This document shows, one piece after another, positions 1 to 13,559 of a stretch of 64,000 nucleotides of DNA; positions within the stretch are counted from its first letter, which is position 1; each line of letters begins with the position of its first letter. The translations under genes were made by a program, and so were the position numbers. This stretch comes from the human T2T-CHM13v2.0 reference genome, Homo sapiens: the NCBI RefSeq assembly GCF_009914755.1, contig NC_060925.1. One strand, 5' to 3'. Under the pieces are notes generated by a model. It saw only the letters and a list, made by a program, of their open reading frames with translations. It was not told the DNA's origin and searched no databases.

Positions 1-27
1 CTTCATCCAGCCTGTCATAACCTCAAG

Positions 28-442
28 GTGTTAGTGTGTTTGCACTGCCATAAAGAAATATCTGAAACTGGGAAATTTATAAATAAAAGAGGTCTAATTT
101 GCTCATGGCTCTGCAGGGTATGCAAGAAGCAAAGCACCAACATTTGCATAGGGTGAGGGCCTCAGGGAGCTTCCAATTATGGCAGAAGGTGAAGGGGAAT
201 AGGAGTGTCACATGGTGAGAGTGGGAGCAAGAGAGAGACAGGAAAGGTGCTACACAATTTTAAACAACCAGACCTCATGTGAACTCAGAGCAAGAGCCCA
301 CTCATCACCAACGGGTCGACCCTCAGCATTCATAAGGGATCTGCCCCCAAGATTCAAAGACCTCCCACCAGGGCCTGCCTCCAACACTGGAAATTACATT
401 TGAATATGAAATTTAGAGGGGACAAACATCCAAACTGTATCA
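28..442 (-). mobile_element. MaLR solo LTR, MSTB-like
   Basis: Runs TGTTAGT...GAGGGCCTCAGGGAGCTTCC...GGGGACAAACATCCAAACTGTATCA, the reverse complement of an MST LTR. Confidence 0.85.
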
Positions 443-599
443 CTGGGGAAGCAAAAAATAATTTGCTGTTGCAAGGACATGGGATGCGGAGGCGGGCACA
501 GAACAGGGCCCAGCATGTGGGCATAGAACATGGCAGAGATTCTGCCATGGGGGCAAGATGACATGGAGGGGACATGCCAGATGACAGGGCAGGGTCTGT

Positions 600-890
600 A
601 CAATCAACTGAGAGGGACAGATCTTTGTAAAGAGCTGGTGTGGCTGAAAGGGAGCTGTTAGAGACCCTGAGCATATTCAAGCAAAATAAAAGAGGAGAGA
701 GTAAATTTCGGGAAACTTCTGAGGTAGAATTATATAGCCTAGTGACAAATTGAATATGAAATGATAAGGGTGAAAGCCAAGAAAGTCAAGAATGACTTCA
801 TTGCAACTTTGAAGCAGGGACTAGAGGAATAATAGATTTGGAGGAAGTATTTGAAGAGTGATGTTTTCTCTAAATTGAATTACTGAACTC
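600..890 (-). mobile_element. L2 fragment (degenerate)
   Basis: L2-like motifs such as GAGGTAGAAT and AAGTCAAGAATGACTTC. Confidence 0.45.
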
Positions 891-1094
891 ACCACCTCAC
901 CCGCGCTCCTGGTGGTCAGCCTCTCAATATTCACATTGTGGGACTTTTCAGCAAAGAGCTCCACAGGAAGAACATATACTGCTCAGTTTCAAACCTTTTT
1001 CACATTCCAGAACAGCTCTCTTTACAAGAGGCACCAGAGAATTCACCCATTCTCTTCTCCATCATCATCATCATCTTCCTTTTCAGTACTAGCT

Positions 1095-1480
1095 CTTATT
1101 TACTGAGCACTTACTGTAATAAATAACCACCATTTACTGAGCACTTCCTATGTCCCAGGACTCTTCTAGGTCTACTACACATGCTAAGTCAGTTAAACTC
1201 CTTACACACCTAAGTGAAGTAAGCACACCATTATCCACTTGTTAGAAGGGAGATAACTGAGGGACAGTGAGGTGAGTGACCTGCCAAGAGAAGTCAGACA
1301 CAGTGGAAGTACTTTATGCGTATTAGTGCCTTTGGTCTTCCCAAAACATTTGGAATAGCATTATTCCCTTTTTACAGGAACAAGGAGCACAAGGAGTGAG
1401 GAGGAGGTTACATCAATTTCCCCAAACCATCCAGCCCACAAGTTCCAGAGCTGATATTTGAAAGTACAGTTTCTAAGCTG
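1095..1480 (-). mobile_element. Two adjacent MIR fragments
   Basis: ATTTACTGAGCACTT...ATAACTGAGGGACAGTGAGGTGAGTGACCTGCC resembles the MIR core, followed by a second weaker core. Confidence 0.65.
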
Positions 1481-1585
1481 GAGCCCAGAGAGGAACTAAT
1501 TCTTTGAACACCTTTCTGTGTTCAAAGGCAAAGAACACAAAGAAACAGAAAACATTTTAAAAATTGCAAATAATAGTGAGGACTA

Positions 1586-2022
1586 CAGTTGATACTTAAA
1601 AAACACAAGTTTAAAGTGTGCGGGTCCACGTACATGTGGATTTTCTTCTGCTTCTGTCATTCCTGAGATAATAAGATCAACCCTTCCTCTTCCTCTTCCT
1701 CCTCAGCCTACTCAATGTGAAGGCAAAGAGGATGAAGCCCTTTATGATGATCCACTTCCACTTAATGAATAGTAAATATATTTTTTCTTGCTTGGATTTT
1801 CTTAATAACATTTTCTTTTCTCTAGCTTACTTTATTATAAGAACACAGTATATAACACATATAACATATAAAATATGTATTAATTGACTATGTTATGGGT
1901 AAGGCTTGTGGTCAACAGTAGGCTATTAATATTAAAGTCTGAGGGGAGTAAAAATTTAGAGGTGTATTTTCTATTGTGTAGGAATCGGCACCCCTAGTCC
2001 TGTGTTGTTCAATGATCAACTG
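1586..2022 (+). mobile_element. Tigger2a (MER28) non-autonomous DNA transposon
   Basis: Terminal inverted repeats CAGTTGA.../...TCAACTG flanked by TA at 1584-1585 and 2023-2024; internal CCTCCTCAGCCTACTCAATGTGAAG; strand assignment nominal. Confidence 0.9.
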
Positions 2023-2183
2023 TATTTATCAAGTACAAACAATGTGAAGTGCTTTACATTGCTGTCTCCTGTAAAGGGTGTTATCATTCCTATGTTACAG
2101 ATTGAGGATTTGAGGACATAGCAATTTGCTCAAGGTCACGTAGCAAGTGACAGAGCCAGGATTCAAACCTACATCTGACTCCT
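2023..2183 (-). mobile_element. MIR (interrupted by the Tigger2a)
   Basis: TTACAGATTGAGG...TTGCTCAAGGTCAC...CAGAGCCAGGATTCAAACC. Confidence 0.75.
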
Positions 2184-2420
2184 GGGAATTATTCAATTAT
2201 GGAAAAGTAATGCAGTCTAGAATCATGGACCCAGTTTTGTTTTTCAGGCTCCCTCAGAGTTGGCTATTAAAACGCCACTTTTACTTTCTCAGCTTTTATT
2301 TCTGAGGGCAGGTTTTACAAACACTTTTCCATCCTACCATCCTCCACATGCCCTCAACTCCAATTATGCCTAAAATTGGACCTTTTCTTACAAAATATCA
2401 TTGGTAAAATCCACAGATAT

Positions 2421-2659
2421 TTACATGTTCTCACTTAAAAGTGAGAGCTAAATGGTGAGAATACATGAACATATAGAGAACAACAGACACTGGTGCCTTC
2501 CAGAGGAAGGAGGGAGAGGATCAAGAAAAATAACTAATGGGTGGTAGGCTTAATACCTGGGTGATGAAATAATCTTTACAACAAACCCTGTGACATGGGT
2601 ATACCTATGTAACAAACTTGCACACATACCTCTGAAATTAAAATCAAAGTTAAAAAAAA
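2421..2659 (+). mobile_element. L1 3' end (older L1PA), 5'-truncated
   Basis: CATGTTCTCACTT...TAATACCTGGGTGATGAAATAATC...ACCTATGTAACAAAC plus A-tail; degenerate TSD AAAATCCACAGATATT / AAAACCTGCAGATATT. Confidence 0.85.
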
Positions 2660-3427
2660 CCTGCAGATATTATCAGGCCTCAAATCACCACCTGGGAAAG
2701 GGCAGAAGACAATTGTCTCGTTTTATATAAGTCTGAGAATCTTCATGTGGAGTGAGGTCAGGTTACTGAGCTTTCCCCCAGCATTCGTAGCAATCATTGT
2801 CTCTAGGTATTCATTATTATTTTCCAGGGATATAAATTGCAAAGAGAATAGCTTCTTAAGACTATAATGTAGAACACAAACCCAAGACTAAACATGTTAA
2901 CTGTGAATTTAGTCTTGTCTGCATGCTCACCTTTCCTATATGTAAAAATACCGTGAGAATCTTGAGTGAATGCTAAACCATCCTCTCATTCATGGGCCTC
3001 TGCTCCCACTGCTGCCCCAGGAACATTCCCTTCATTCTATTAGTGCTATTGCCTGACAAGTTGACCAGGGTGGGGTGATCAATTGTGCAGGAAATAACTT
3101 TTTGAGCTCAGGCCCCAAGCATCAATTTAAGAACAAAATTTCTGTCTTCTTACTGTCTTAACCTCAGCCCTTTTTTTGTGTGTGTGAAATTGACAGATTT
3201 GGATTGAAAGGACTAGAATATTGGGCAGCAGACTAAAGCTATATAAAATGCGACATAGATGTCATTAGCTTGTTAGTGACTTTTGCTGTAAGTACATGCC
3301 TTCCAGGTCGCTGGGGAGGAAGCAAAGCAGGGTGCAGCTGGTACTCTTCTGGAACCTGGGGTTTTATTCTTCGTTTTAGACTTAAGTGAATGAGCTACTT
3401 GACTCATTCATAGGACTTAATTTGCGT

Positions 3428-3950
3428 GTGCCTGGGTCTTAATTTATAAAGGTGACTGAGTGACAGCATGGAGAGTTAAATGCCACAGAAATAATTTATT
3501 GCTTTTACAGTTCCTGAGAGAAGGCATGGTGTGCTGTGCAGGGCCTCACGGGAAGCACCAGGTTTGACAGGAGAAGTGGGAGTAAGGCTATAGCCTTTAG
3601 TGAGGTTTCCATGGGAAAAGCAAGGCAGGGCAGGGGAAACAGCTTAAGATACGTTAGTTTGAATAATTTCAGCAGGCTTTGGGGCATAGGGACTGTCCCT
3701 GGTTGTTTAGTACTAGGCCCTACGTGGTTGATTTAGGGCAGGGGAAATATTGTCTTGGTATGTAAAAGTTAAAGAAGGTGGTTATGGGTATAGATCCAGG
3801 ATTGTTTGGATGGTTTAGAATATGATTTTCATGCACCTATGAAAACTGAATCACCAGGAAGATATAAATATGTTTGGCCATTAGTTTGGTCCTATAATTA
3901 ATGAATGTCAAATGGACAAATATAGAATCTATGAAAACACAGAATACCAT
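3428..3950 (-). mobile_element. ERVL-type solo LTR, MER76-like
   Basis: Right end reverse-complements to TGGTATTCTGTGTTTTCATAGATTCTATATTTGTCC, which resembles the recalled MER76 5' end. Confidence 0.5.
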
Positions 3951-5563
3951 GGCAAAAAACACTAGAGTATACTTCTTGCATGTCTCTTTATCCCATTTCT
4001 CTATTCCCCTCACTACCCCAGGTCAGCAGGAAGGGTAAATGAGTAGGTTGGTGGCTTCTCTTAGTGCTCATCTCAGGCTATGATTCTGTAAATAGAGGGC
4101 TTTGGTGGATATAGCTTCAAGGGCAATGTATGGTTTTGCCCCTGTCCTACCCCAGAGCTGGCATCGCCAATGACCTGACTTTAGCAGTCATCAGAAGATA
4201 GACCATCAACATGAGCTGAGCACTCAGTACTTATAGTATGGGGAGTGTGAAGGCCAAAGGACAGTCCTGTTGTCATTTCTCAGAGAAGTTGTGATTTAAC
4301 CTAGAAGAGGAAATGGATAAGCAGATTTTTAGCATACTAGCAATGATTATGAAAGTGTGCAGGGCAAGAGATAGGCTGCTTATTTGGAAAACAGGCAGAA
4401 TTTAGCGATGAATCCAGAGTGGCCAGTACCCAGATTCTCAGTTCTTTCATTAGTAGGATTTCAAAGACATCTATTATGCTTGCATAGAAGAGTCAGAGCC
4501 AATTTGTCTAGGCTGCATGTCTGCAGCAAATTTGAATGTCTATAGTAAGATAAAATTCTACAGGAATGACTCTGGTGGTGAAATAATTTTTTAAAAAATG
4601 TAAATGAGTAAATAAAGGATTTGCAGAGAAGAAATACGTTTGTAGAGAAGAAACCATTACTGGTTTTGTACCTCCATTCTTTGCAGGGAAGAATGTGGCT
4701 GGAAATATAGAGAGTAACCACATAAAAATGCGCTTACCCCCTTTTTAATTTATTTTTTCCTTTCGCATTTTCTACCAGTAGAAGAACAAAGGTGCCTGGA
4801 GAGATAGCCTTTCTGAATATTCTTTATATTTAATATGATTGCATTGATCATTTTTAAACTCTTCTTATTTGCCACTGTGGAGAATTTTTTAACTTTTATA
4901 TAAAAATATATGTTTCTCAAGAGCAAATGGTAATATATACAGTCTACAGTGGATGAATCAAGAAATAAGGATATGCTTGCATTGTGCAGGATGATGATAG
5001 AAAATACCCAAATATTAGAAAGGATTTTTTAAAAGCAGACTGGGTTGGGAGGATATATTTTGAAGAGGAATCTCTAGGGAACCAAGTTCAAGTCCCTTCT
5101 CATATGAAAGCCCAAAGAGTATGGTAATAAGGTCCTCTCCCCACCCAACGTTACCTAAAGAAATGGGTTCAGTACAAATTTACAGTGCTGCTTGAAAAGC
5201 CAGGAAATCTGTTTCTCCACTCTTGCGCTCCACCATTAGGGGAAATTTTGACTGCTAACATTGCTTCTTGCGCTACCAATGAACTCTTTTCCACTCTTTT
5301 TGCCACCCAAGGCTTCTAACTCTCAGCTTGTTTGCCTTGTGATTTCTGCTTCTTTGTGCCTTCTCTGTGTGTCTTATTCTGCCTTGCTATAGAAATCTCT
5401 GTTTCTCTGTATGTCATATTAGACTCTAAAAAATAAGGTTCTTGATTGAGAATATATCACTTTCCCAGATAGAATCTCCACCTAAGGGAAAGCTTCAGCT
5501 CTAGCCTTCTTACAAGGATCAGGCCAACCTGTAGGGGGTGAGTGGCTTAAAAACCTTCTCAGC

Positions 5564-5872
<309 letters not shown>

Positions 5873-6019
5873 TCAGCGAGAAACCACAGGAGTGGCAGGC
5901 ACCCTGGGGCTCCCCAAAGGGAATACTACATCAGACACCTTGGAGAGGCTTGCATTTTCATTACATTCTGCATTGTGATATTGCAATATTCAAGCTTGAT
6001 GTAGACACTTTCCATGATG

Positions 6020-6146
6020 GAGAATTTGGCCTCAAGACTGCAACATTAGAGACCCTTTCTAAGTTTCCAGCCTGCCAGCTTGTTCTCCAAATCTTGGACT
6101 CATCAGCTTCCACAACGTGTGAACCAATGCTTTGAACTCTCTTGAT

Positions 6147-6189
<43 letters not shown>

Positions 6190-6200
6190 TTCTTTCTTGA
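6020..6200 (+). mobile_element. MLT2-like LTR 3' fragment
   Basis: TTTCCAGCCTGCCAGC...TTGGACTCATCAGCTTCCACAACGTGTGAACCAATGC. Confidence 0.55.
6147..6189 (+). repeat. (GATA)10 tetranucleotide STR
   Basis: Perfect GATA array read directly. Confidence 0.97.
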
Positions 6201-6499
6201 GGAAGTCCATGCATCATTAGGAGCTTCAAATAATTGGCAAATTCTGCAAATTGAGACTCAATCTGTCTTCCTCTAGCTGCCACCTGTTATGTACTATGTC
6301 TATGTCCTCATCATATAGAGCATGATCAATTCTACTTCTACCTGACAGTCATTAATTTCATTCAATAACATTTTCACACAATTGACAAATCCAGAGGACA
6401 GATATCAGTATTTTCAGTTATCTAGACAGTGATCTGACCTGCTAGGTTCTCAGTCAGTGACCCCACCTTAAAACCACTACAGAACAAAATAATGAGGAA

Positions 6500-6725
6500 T
6501 CTAGTGTCAGGTCAGCTTGAATCAGGGTTTCTAATTTCCACTTATTCTCTGTGTGACTTTGAGCAAGTTACCTAACATCTCTGACCTTCTGTTTCCCAAT
6601 CTGTAAAATGAGAAAAAAATACCAACCTGCTAGGGTTGCTGTAAGCATTAAGGAGGACCATGTGTGTACAGCACTTAGCACAGTGTCTACCATGTGGTAA
6701 ACAAGGGACATGTGGCAGCTTTTGT
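6500..6725 (+). mobile_element. MIR
   Basis: TGTGTGACTTTGAGCAAGTTACCTAAC...TCTGTAAAATGAG...CACTTAGCACAGTG. Confidence 0.85.
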
Positions 6726-6933
6726 TACTCAGGTAGAGATGGCGGGCACCATTTCATCAGCTTGTGCTCTCGAAACTGCTACTGTCTGTCTTGTCTCTGG
6801 AAACTTGAGTCAGTAGACAGGTCTCCTTTGAGTAAGTGTAGGAAGGAGAAGTAATACTTCTCACTGCCTTCCTCCTTACTCCCTCTCAGCCCCAGCTCCT
6901 ATCCCCAGCTCTTTATTTGGCTACTTTTCATAA

Positions 6934-7317
<384 letters not shown>

Positions 7318-9541
7318 GATTTGGACTTACTCATTTTTATATCCTTATTATGGGTAGAGAGCTTGGAACATTCTAAGCACTCAAAAATATTTAGTTCAAT
7401 GAACAAAGAAATGAATGCTCCAACCATATCTATTCAACAAATTATCTCAAACAAAATGATTTCTATCCTTGTGCCTTATGCACTAGCATAGAACCTTAAA
7501 GTTCTATGCTAGTTGCTTTTACCTGTTAATTAATAGATCCTAGTTCTTTAATTTGAGAACTAATCTGCTGTATCTGCATTGAAAATTAATCTCCAGAGAT
7601 ATATTTTAGGCTTTGGACATTGGCTATGTAACCATTCTCCCTGTTCCTTTCACCCTGAATGATTTTCAGCATCTCTATGCAATTTCCGAATGCAATGTCC
7701 CGGTAAACCCGTTCACACACTTGACATAGAAAAAAACGTTGTGTTTGTTTATACAACTGGCTCAGTGAACAAGGATGAGAAATTGAGTTATTTATTCGAT
7801 GACTCAGGCCTTGGTTACTAAACTGGAATTTGCCTCTGTACCTTGAGGGAGTGGAGAAAAGAAATCAAATAGATTAAATGAGACTGTTTGTCTTTCTGTA
7901 CTTCTGCTGGAAACGCTATGCATGGGATAATTAGGTCCCAGGAATAGGAAATCTGGCCATGAAATAAAAAATACAGACTTATCATCCATAAGAAGTGGCC
8001 AGGTTCTGGTCTCACCAAAATGTTTGATGTTAACAAATGTATTTATTTTCTAATCTAGAAAGTTCTTGGCACAAATGTTCAACCCCTCTTGGAATTACTC
8101 AGCCCTGTGATGATTTTGTGGTGCACATCTACCACTAGACAGCATCGTAATGTGTGTTTTTCCCATGTGAACACTATGTGGAAAGGGATCCATGAAATGC
8201 TATAACATGGAATGTAAAAAAGTTGGTTTCCATCTTCTGGGAAGATGCTGTCAGAAACAATATGTGCTCTGGGAAATTGACTGATGGACAACAAATATTC
8301 ATGTCACCATTCCAAACCCTGTCACTTCTATTCAAGAAGCACCTGAAGTATGTGTAAAGGGAGCAATGAATTCTCTCTCCTGCCCATGTTGCTTAAGTGC
8401 CTCATTGCCTCCCTACTTAAGAAATGCCTAGCAACTCAAAAGGCATTAGCATGTGTGCAATGAAACTTGATAAGTATTTATTATCAATAATCAAATGGCT
8501 AAGATTTTGTTTGTGTAATTATTTACACAGGACTGTGGAAACCTCAAAGCAATGTGGCTCATTACACCCACGATATCTCATACTCATATCTCAGGAAAGT
8601 TCTAAGAAGATTGCTTAATTCTTTAATGCATTTAGTAGCAGCTCACATTAGCAGTCATTTCCTAACTCTCTAGTTCCTATCCACTTTTGAAAAAAAAAGT
8701 AATTGATTTACAATGTCAATTAAGCATGTATCAGTGCATGCCATATTTTATCCTGGTCTTGTGTCACCCATCCCATTTCACAAAACCTATATGCACACAT
8801 AGACATTATTTCCTGTCAGATGGGTGATATCGAGTAGATGCATTTATTCATGGCTTTTTTTTTCTAAGAAAGTACAACAGTTTATTGAATACCTACTATG
8901 AGTCAAGCAAGGTACATAGATCCTGATTTTCTAAATTATATACAAATATGCCAAGGCCACTGTCTTCCTGGGTCACAAGATGCTTCTTTCTTTTTCTGCT
9001 GCCCCCATCCCTGCCACTGCCTTGTGTTAATCAGAGAAGGCCCCAAACACAAGTAAAGTCCTCTTGACTTTAGGCACACAGGAAGGCACAAGATGATGGG
9101 AGAGGTGAGAGGCAGCACTGTCATTACTTGCCTCTATCTACAGACCCAGCTGGTGCTCTGCAGTATCACCCCAACAAATGGCCCTGCATCAGCTTCACAT
9201 CCTGTCAATCAGCCTTCCTTGCAAGGCCTGGTCTCAGCTTCATCACATTTGTGCTTTCAGAGCCAATGACGTATTTCTCATTTTCTTTCAGGAAGGCTTG
9301 GAAAGATCTCATTTTCTTCTCCTTTAACTTCTACTCTAAAAATAAAATAAACCAAAAATACAAACTGAAAATCTGTCAGTCAGAAACAACCCATTCTTTG
9401 CTGTCGTACCAAGTGAGAAGCACTATGCTTTCCAATCCAATTCAATTGGTTTAAAAGTGCTTTTAGACTATTGCTTGAATTTTTCTTTTCAAACTACAAA
9501 AGTCATTTATGCTATGTTGGCTATTGAAGCAAATTAAATAA

Positions 9542-9912
<371 letters not shown>

Positions 9913-10099
9913 GCATACTTACCTTTCTAGATCTCATGCCAATTACATGCACGCACCCACAATCTTACACACATACACATTTTCTTTAAAAAGATTTGAG
10001 CCACAAACTTTACTAGAAGAAATAATGTTGTAATAATTATTTCTGGATTTTTATTTAATTTAAATGAGAGTAAAGGAGGTATAGAAACAAAAATATATG

Positions 10100-10310
10100 A
10101 AACACCTAGTATGTGCAAAAATTTTTTTTTACTTACATTATTTATTTAATTCTTAAAATTGCCCTGTGGAGTAGATTCGATTGACTTCAATTTATAGATG
10201 AAGACACAGAAGCTAAGGGAGAGATAAAAATCTTACCAAAAGTCACATAGTTAATAAATGATAGAGTTAGGAGTTGGCACCCATTCTTTCCAACTTTAAG
10301 TTCCTTTTGC
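10100..10310 (-). mobile_element. MIR
   Basis: TTTATAGATGAAGACACAGAAGCT...AAAGTCACATAG. Confidence 0.7.
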
Positions 10311-10324
10311 TACTCCATGTTCAT

Positions 10325-10555
10325 TCTCTCAAAGACACTGTGCTAACTGCTGTGGAAAAGAAAAGGATGAATAAATAATGTCCTGGACGTTCTCTTTTGA
10401 AAGTCATTGTTAACTGAGGGAAGTTCTTTGTCACATTGCATAGGTGGCATTTAGTGGATGAAACCCAGGAGCTAAGTGTCTTGTCATGTGCAGCACAACC
10501 CCACACAAAAAAGAATTGCCCAGACAATGCTAACAGAACCCCTTTGAGAAGCTTT
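10325..10555. mobile_element. MER20-like hAT fragment
   Basis: TGGCATTTAGTGG...ACAACCCCACACAAAAAAGAATTGCCCAG...TTGAGAAGC. Confidence 0.55.
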
Positions 10556-10689
10556 ACACTGCAGGCTTACAATTGTGAGAAAAACATGGAAATGTAAACA
10601 ATGGAACTGGGGAACAAAATTAAGTAAATGCTAAATTAAAATACCGTTTATTTTTAAAATACTGATGAACCTCTTGCTTTTCTAGGCTG

Positions 10690-10945
10690 ATGGAGGTTTT
10701 GCCAGCTTGAACATGTAGTTTCCAAAATGACTCTGGTTATCAATATCCATCCAGTAGAAGGAGAAAGAGGAAGAAGATTGTGTGGTAGAAGACTGAATGA
10801 GCCAGTCCTGGAGTCCCTACTACTCATACTCCATTGGCCGGAACTCAGTCACATGGCCACATCTGACCATGAGGCAGTCTGGGAAATGGATTCCAGCTGT
10901 GTTCCAATGAGGAAGCAGGTTCGATGAAGATCTAACCAATCTCTC
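10690..10945 (-). mobile_element. Old MLT1 (J/K/L-type) LTR fragment
   Basis: CCATTGGCCGGAACTCAGTCACATGGCCACATCTG...CTGGGAAATG. Confidence 0.65.
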
Positions 10946-11080
10946 TCTCACAGAGGTATCAAAAAGCATTAAAGAAAGGCAGTGCTATTTTCCTTTCAAA
11001 TTCTACTCCAACTCATTCTCTTACTCTGTAAATAGCTTCAGCATCTGCTCAACTTTCCACATTATTTCAGTCACTAAGTC

Positions 11081-11455
11081 TGTACTAGTCCATTTTCATA
11101 CTGCTATAAAGAACTGCCTGAGACTGGGTAATTTATAAAAGAAAAAGGTTTAATTGACTCACAGTTCAGCATGGCTTGGGAGGCCTCAGGAAACTTACAA
11201 TCATGACAAAAGGTGAAGAGGAAGTAAGGCACCTCCTTCACTAGGTGAAAGGAAGGAGAAGTGTTGAGCGAAGGGGGAAGATCCCATTATAAAACCATCA
11301 GATCTCATGAGAACTCTCACCATCACAAGAACAGCAGGGGGGAACAGCCCCCATGATTCAATTACCTCCACCTGGTCCCACCCTCCACACATGGAGATTA
11401 TGGGAATTAAAATTTGAGATGAGATTTATGTGGGGAAAAGAGCCAAACCATATCA
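11081..11455 (-). mobile_element. THE1C-like solo LTR
   Basis: TGTACTAGTC...CCATATCA termini with perfect 5-bp TSD AAGTC (11076-11080 and 11456-11460). Confidence 0.92.
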
Positions 11456-11602
11456 AAGTCCGTTTGTTTTCTCATTCATTTAACAAACATTTTCTGGCTA
11501 TTAATCATTTTGCCAGGAACTGTGCTAGACACTGGGAACATAATAGTGAAAAAGACACAATATTTTATTATTAGTCAATGATAATGGACTGAAAGAAGAA
11601 TA

Positions 11603-12615
11603 TAGTTGACCCTTGAACAACGAGGGGATTAGGGACACTGACACCCTGTGCAGCTGAAAATCCATGTATAACTTTTGAATCTTCCAAAACAACTCATGCC
11701 TGTAATCCCATTACTTTGGGGAGGCCAAGGCAGGCAGGTCACTTGAGCCCAGGAATTTGAGACCAGTCTGGGAAAAATGGCAAATCCCTATCTCTACAAA
11801 AAAAATTCAAAATTATCCAGGCATGGTACTGCATGCCTGTAGTCCCAGCTACTTAGGAGGCTGAGGTGGGAGGATCGCTTGAGTCCAGACCCGAAAACTT
11901 AACTACTTATAGCCTACTATTGACCAGAAGCCTTACTGAGGACATTAACAGTCAATTAACACATATTTGTATGATATGTGTATTGTATACTGTATTCTTG
12001 TAATAAAGAAAGCTAGAGAAAAGAAAATGTTATTCAGAGAATCATGAAGAAGAGAAAACATACTTACTATTCATTAAGTGGAAGTGGATCATTATAAAGG
12101 TCTACATCCTCATCATCTTCACATTGAGTAGGCTGAGGAACAGGAGAAAGGAGAGGGTTGGTCTTGCTGTCTCAGGGGTGATAAAGGTGGAAGAGGTAGA
12201 GGAGGTGGGAGAGGAAGCATATATTATATTATAAAAGTAGTATAGTATGTGCTACAGTTATTTTATGCAGTTATGATTTAATATGTGTTTACTTTTTTAA
12301 CATTTCTCTGTACTGTAAATGGCACCATCTGTGATCTGTGTTTGTGTGTGCAAGTTTTGATTTTTTAACTTTTTATAATAGATTTGCATATATTTTGATA
12401 TGATAAATGATAACAGACTAGTATCTGCATATATTTCATGCATTTCTAACATACCTTTTTCTTATTTTTTTGATATTTATAGGCCATGCAGTTCATCTGC
12501 AAGTTTTCTCTAATTGTCAAAAATCTCCAAAAATTTTTCCAATAGGTTTATTGAAAAAAATCCACATATAAATGAACCTGCACAGTTCAAACCTATGCTA
12601 TACAAAGATCAACTG
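11603..12615 (-). mobile_element. Tigger2 deletion derivative (Tigger2b-like) carrying an Alu fragment
   Basis: TIRs (T)AGTTGACCCTTGAACAAC / GATCAACTG with TA TSDs; shares internal sequence in inverted orientation with 1586-2022. Confidence 0.88.
11693..11888 (+). mobile_element. AluJ-like fragment lacking both 5' end and poly-A tail
   Basis: CTCATGCCTGTAATCCC...GGATCGCTTGAGTCCAG, then Tigger2 sequence resumes. Confidence 0.9.
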
Positions 12616-12752
12616 TACAGTAAAGGTGATGTTTTCAAAATGTAAATCAGGTCATATTACTCTCCTGATTAAAAGTCTCCAAAAGTTTTTCCATTGCTCT
12701 GTAGGAAAAAAAATGTAAATGATTTGAAATGGCAAAAGAGATTACTGGGTGT

Positions 12753-13108
12753 TGTATTAGTCAGTTCTCACACTGCTAGTAAAGACAGACTTGAGACTGG
12801 GTAATTTATAAAGAAAAAGAGATTTAATGGACTGCCAGTTCCACGTGGCCAGGGAGACCTCACAATCATGGCAGAAGGCAAAAGAGGAGAAAGTCACATC
12901 TTACATGGCAGCAGGCAAGAGAGCTTGTGCAGGGTAACTCTCATTTATAAAACCATCAGATCTCCTGAAACTTATTCACTACGACAAGAACCACATGGGG
13001 GAAACTGCCTCCATTATTCAATTATCTCCACCTGGCCCCACCCTTGACACATGGGGATTATTACAATTCAAAGTGAGATTTGGGTGGAGACACAGGCAAA
13101 CCATATTA
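12753..13108 (-). mobile_element. THE1B-like solo LTR
   Basis: TGTATTAGTCAGTTCTCACACTGC...AAACCATATTA; GTGT on both flanks. Confidence 0.9.
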
Positions 13109-13559
13109 GTGTGTTTTTAATGAGAATATTAGATGTTCTCTGGATGACCCTCTAGGATTATCTCATTCTATAGGATTTAGGCTTATTTTACAAGTCATAA
13201 ATTGTAAAAAAAAATGTAATAATATAAATGATTCTTGCTTATAGAAATGCAAATGATTTTTCCTGGCAGAATACAATTGATTTCTACCCTGTGGAAAAGG
13301 TTATTCTAAGTCTTGAGTTGTATTGTCTTATAGCTATTAAGAGTTTTGCTTCTATTGGCAAATTTATTTCACAATTCCTGATTGTGTGTGTGTGTGTTTG
13401 TGTATTCTTCAGATATATTGATGTATATATATATATATCATATTCTGATTGAACCAGTTTAACATTTTACTGGTTTCCTTATTAATGAATGAACTAAATT
13501 ACACTAGTGATGTGCATTCATTTCATATTTGTGGTAGAGTCATAATTTTAACTTTTGAA

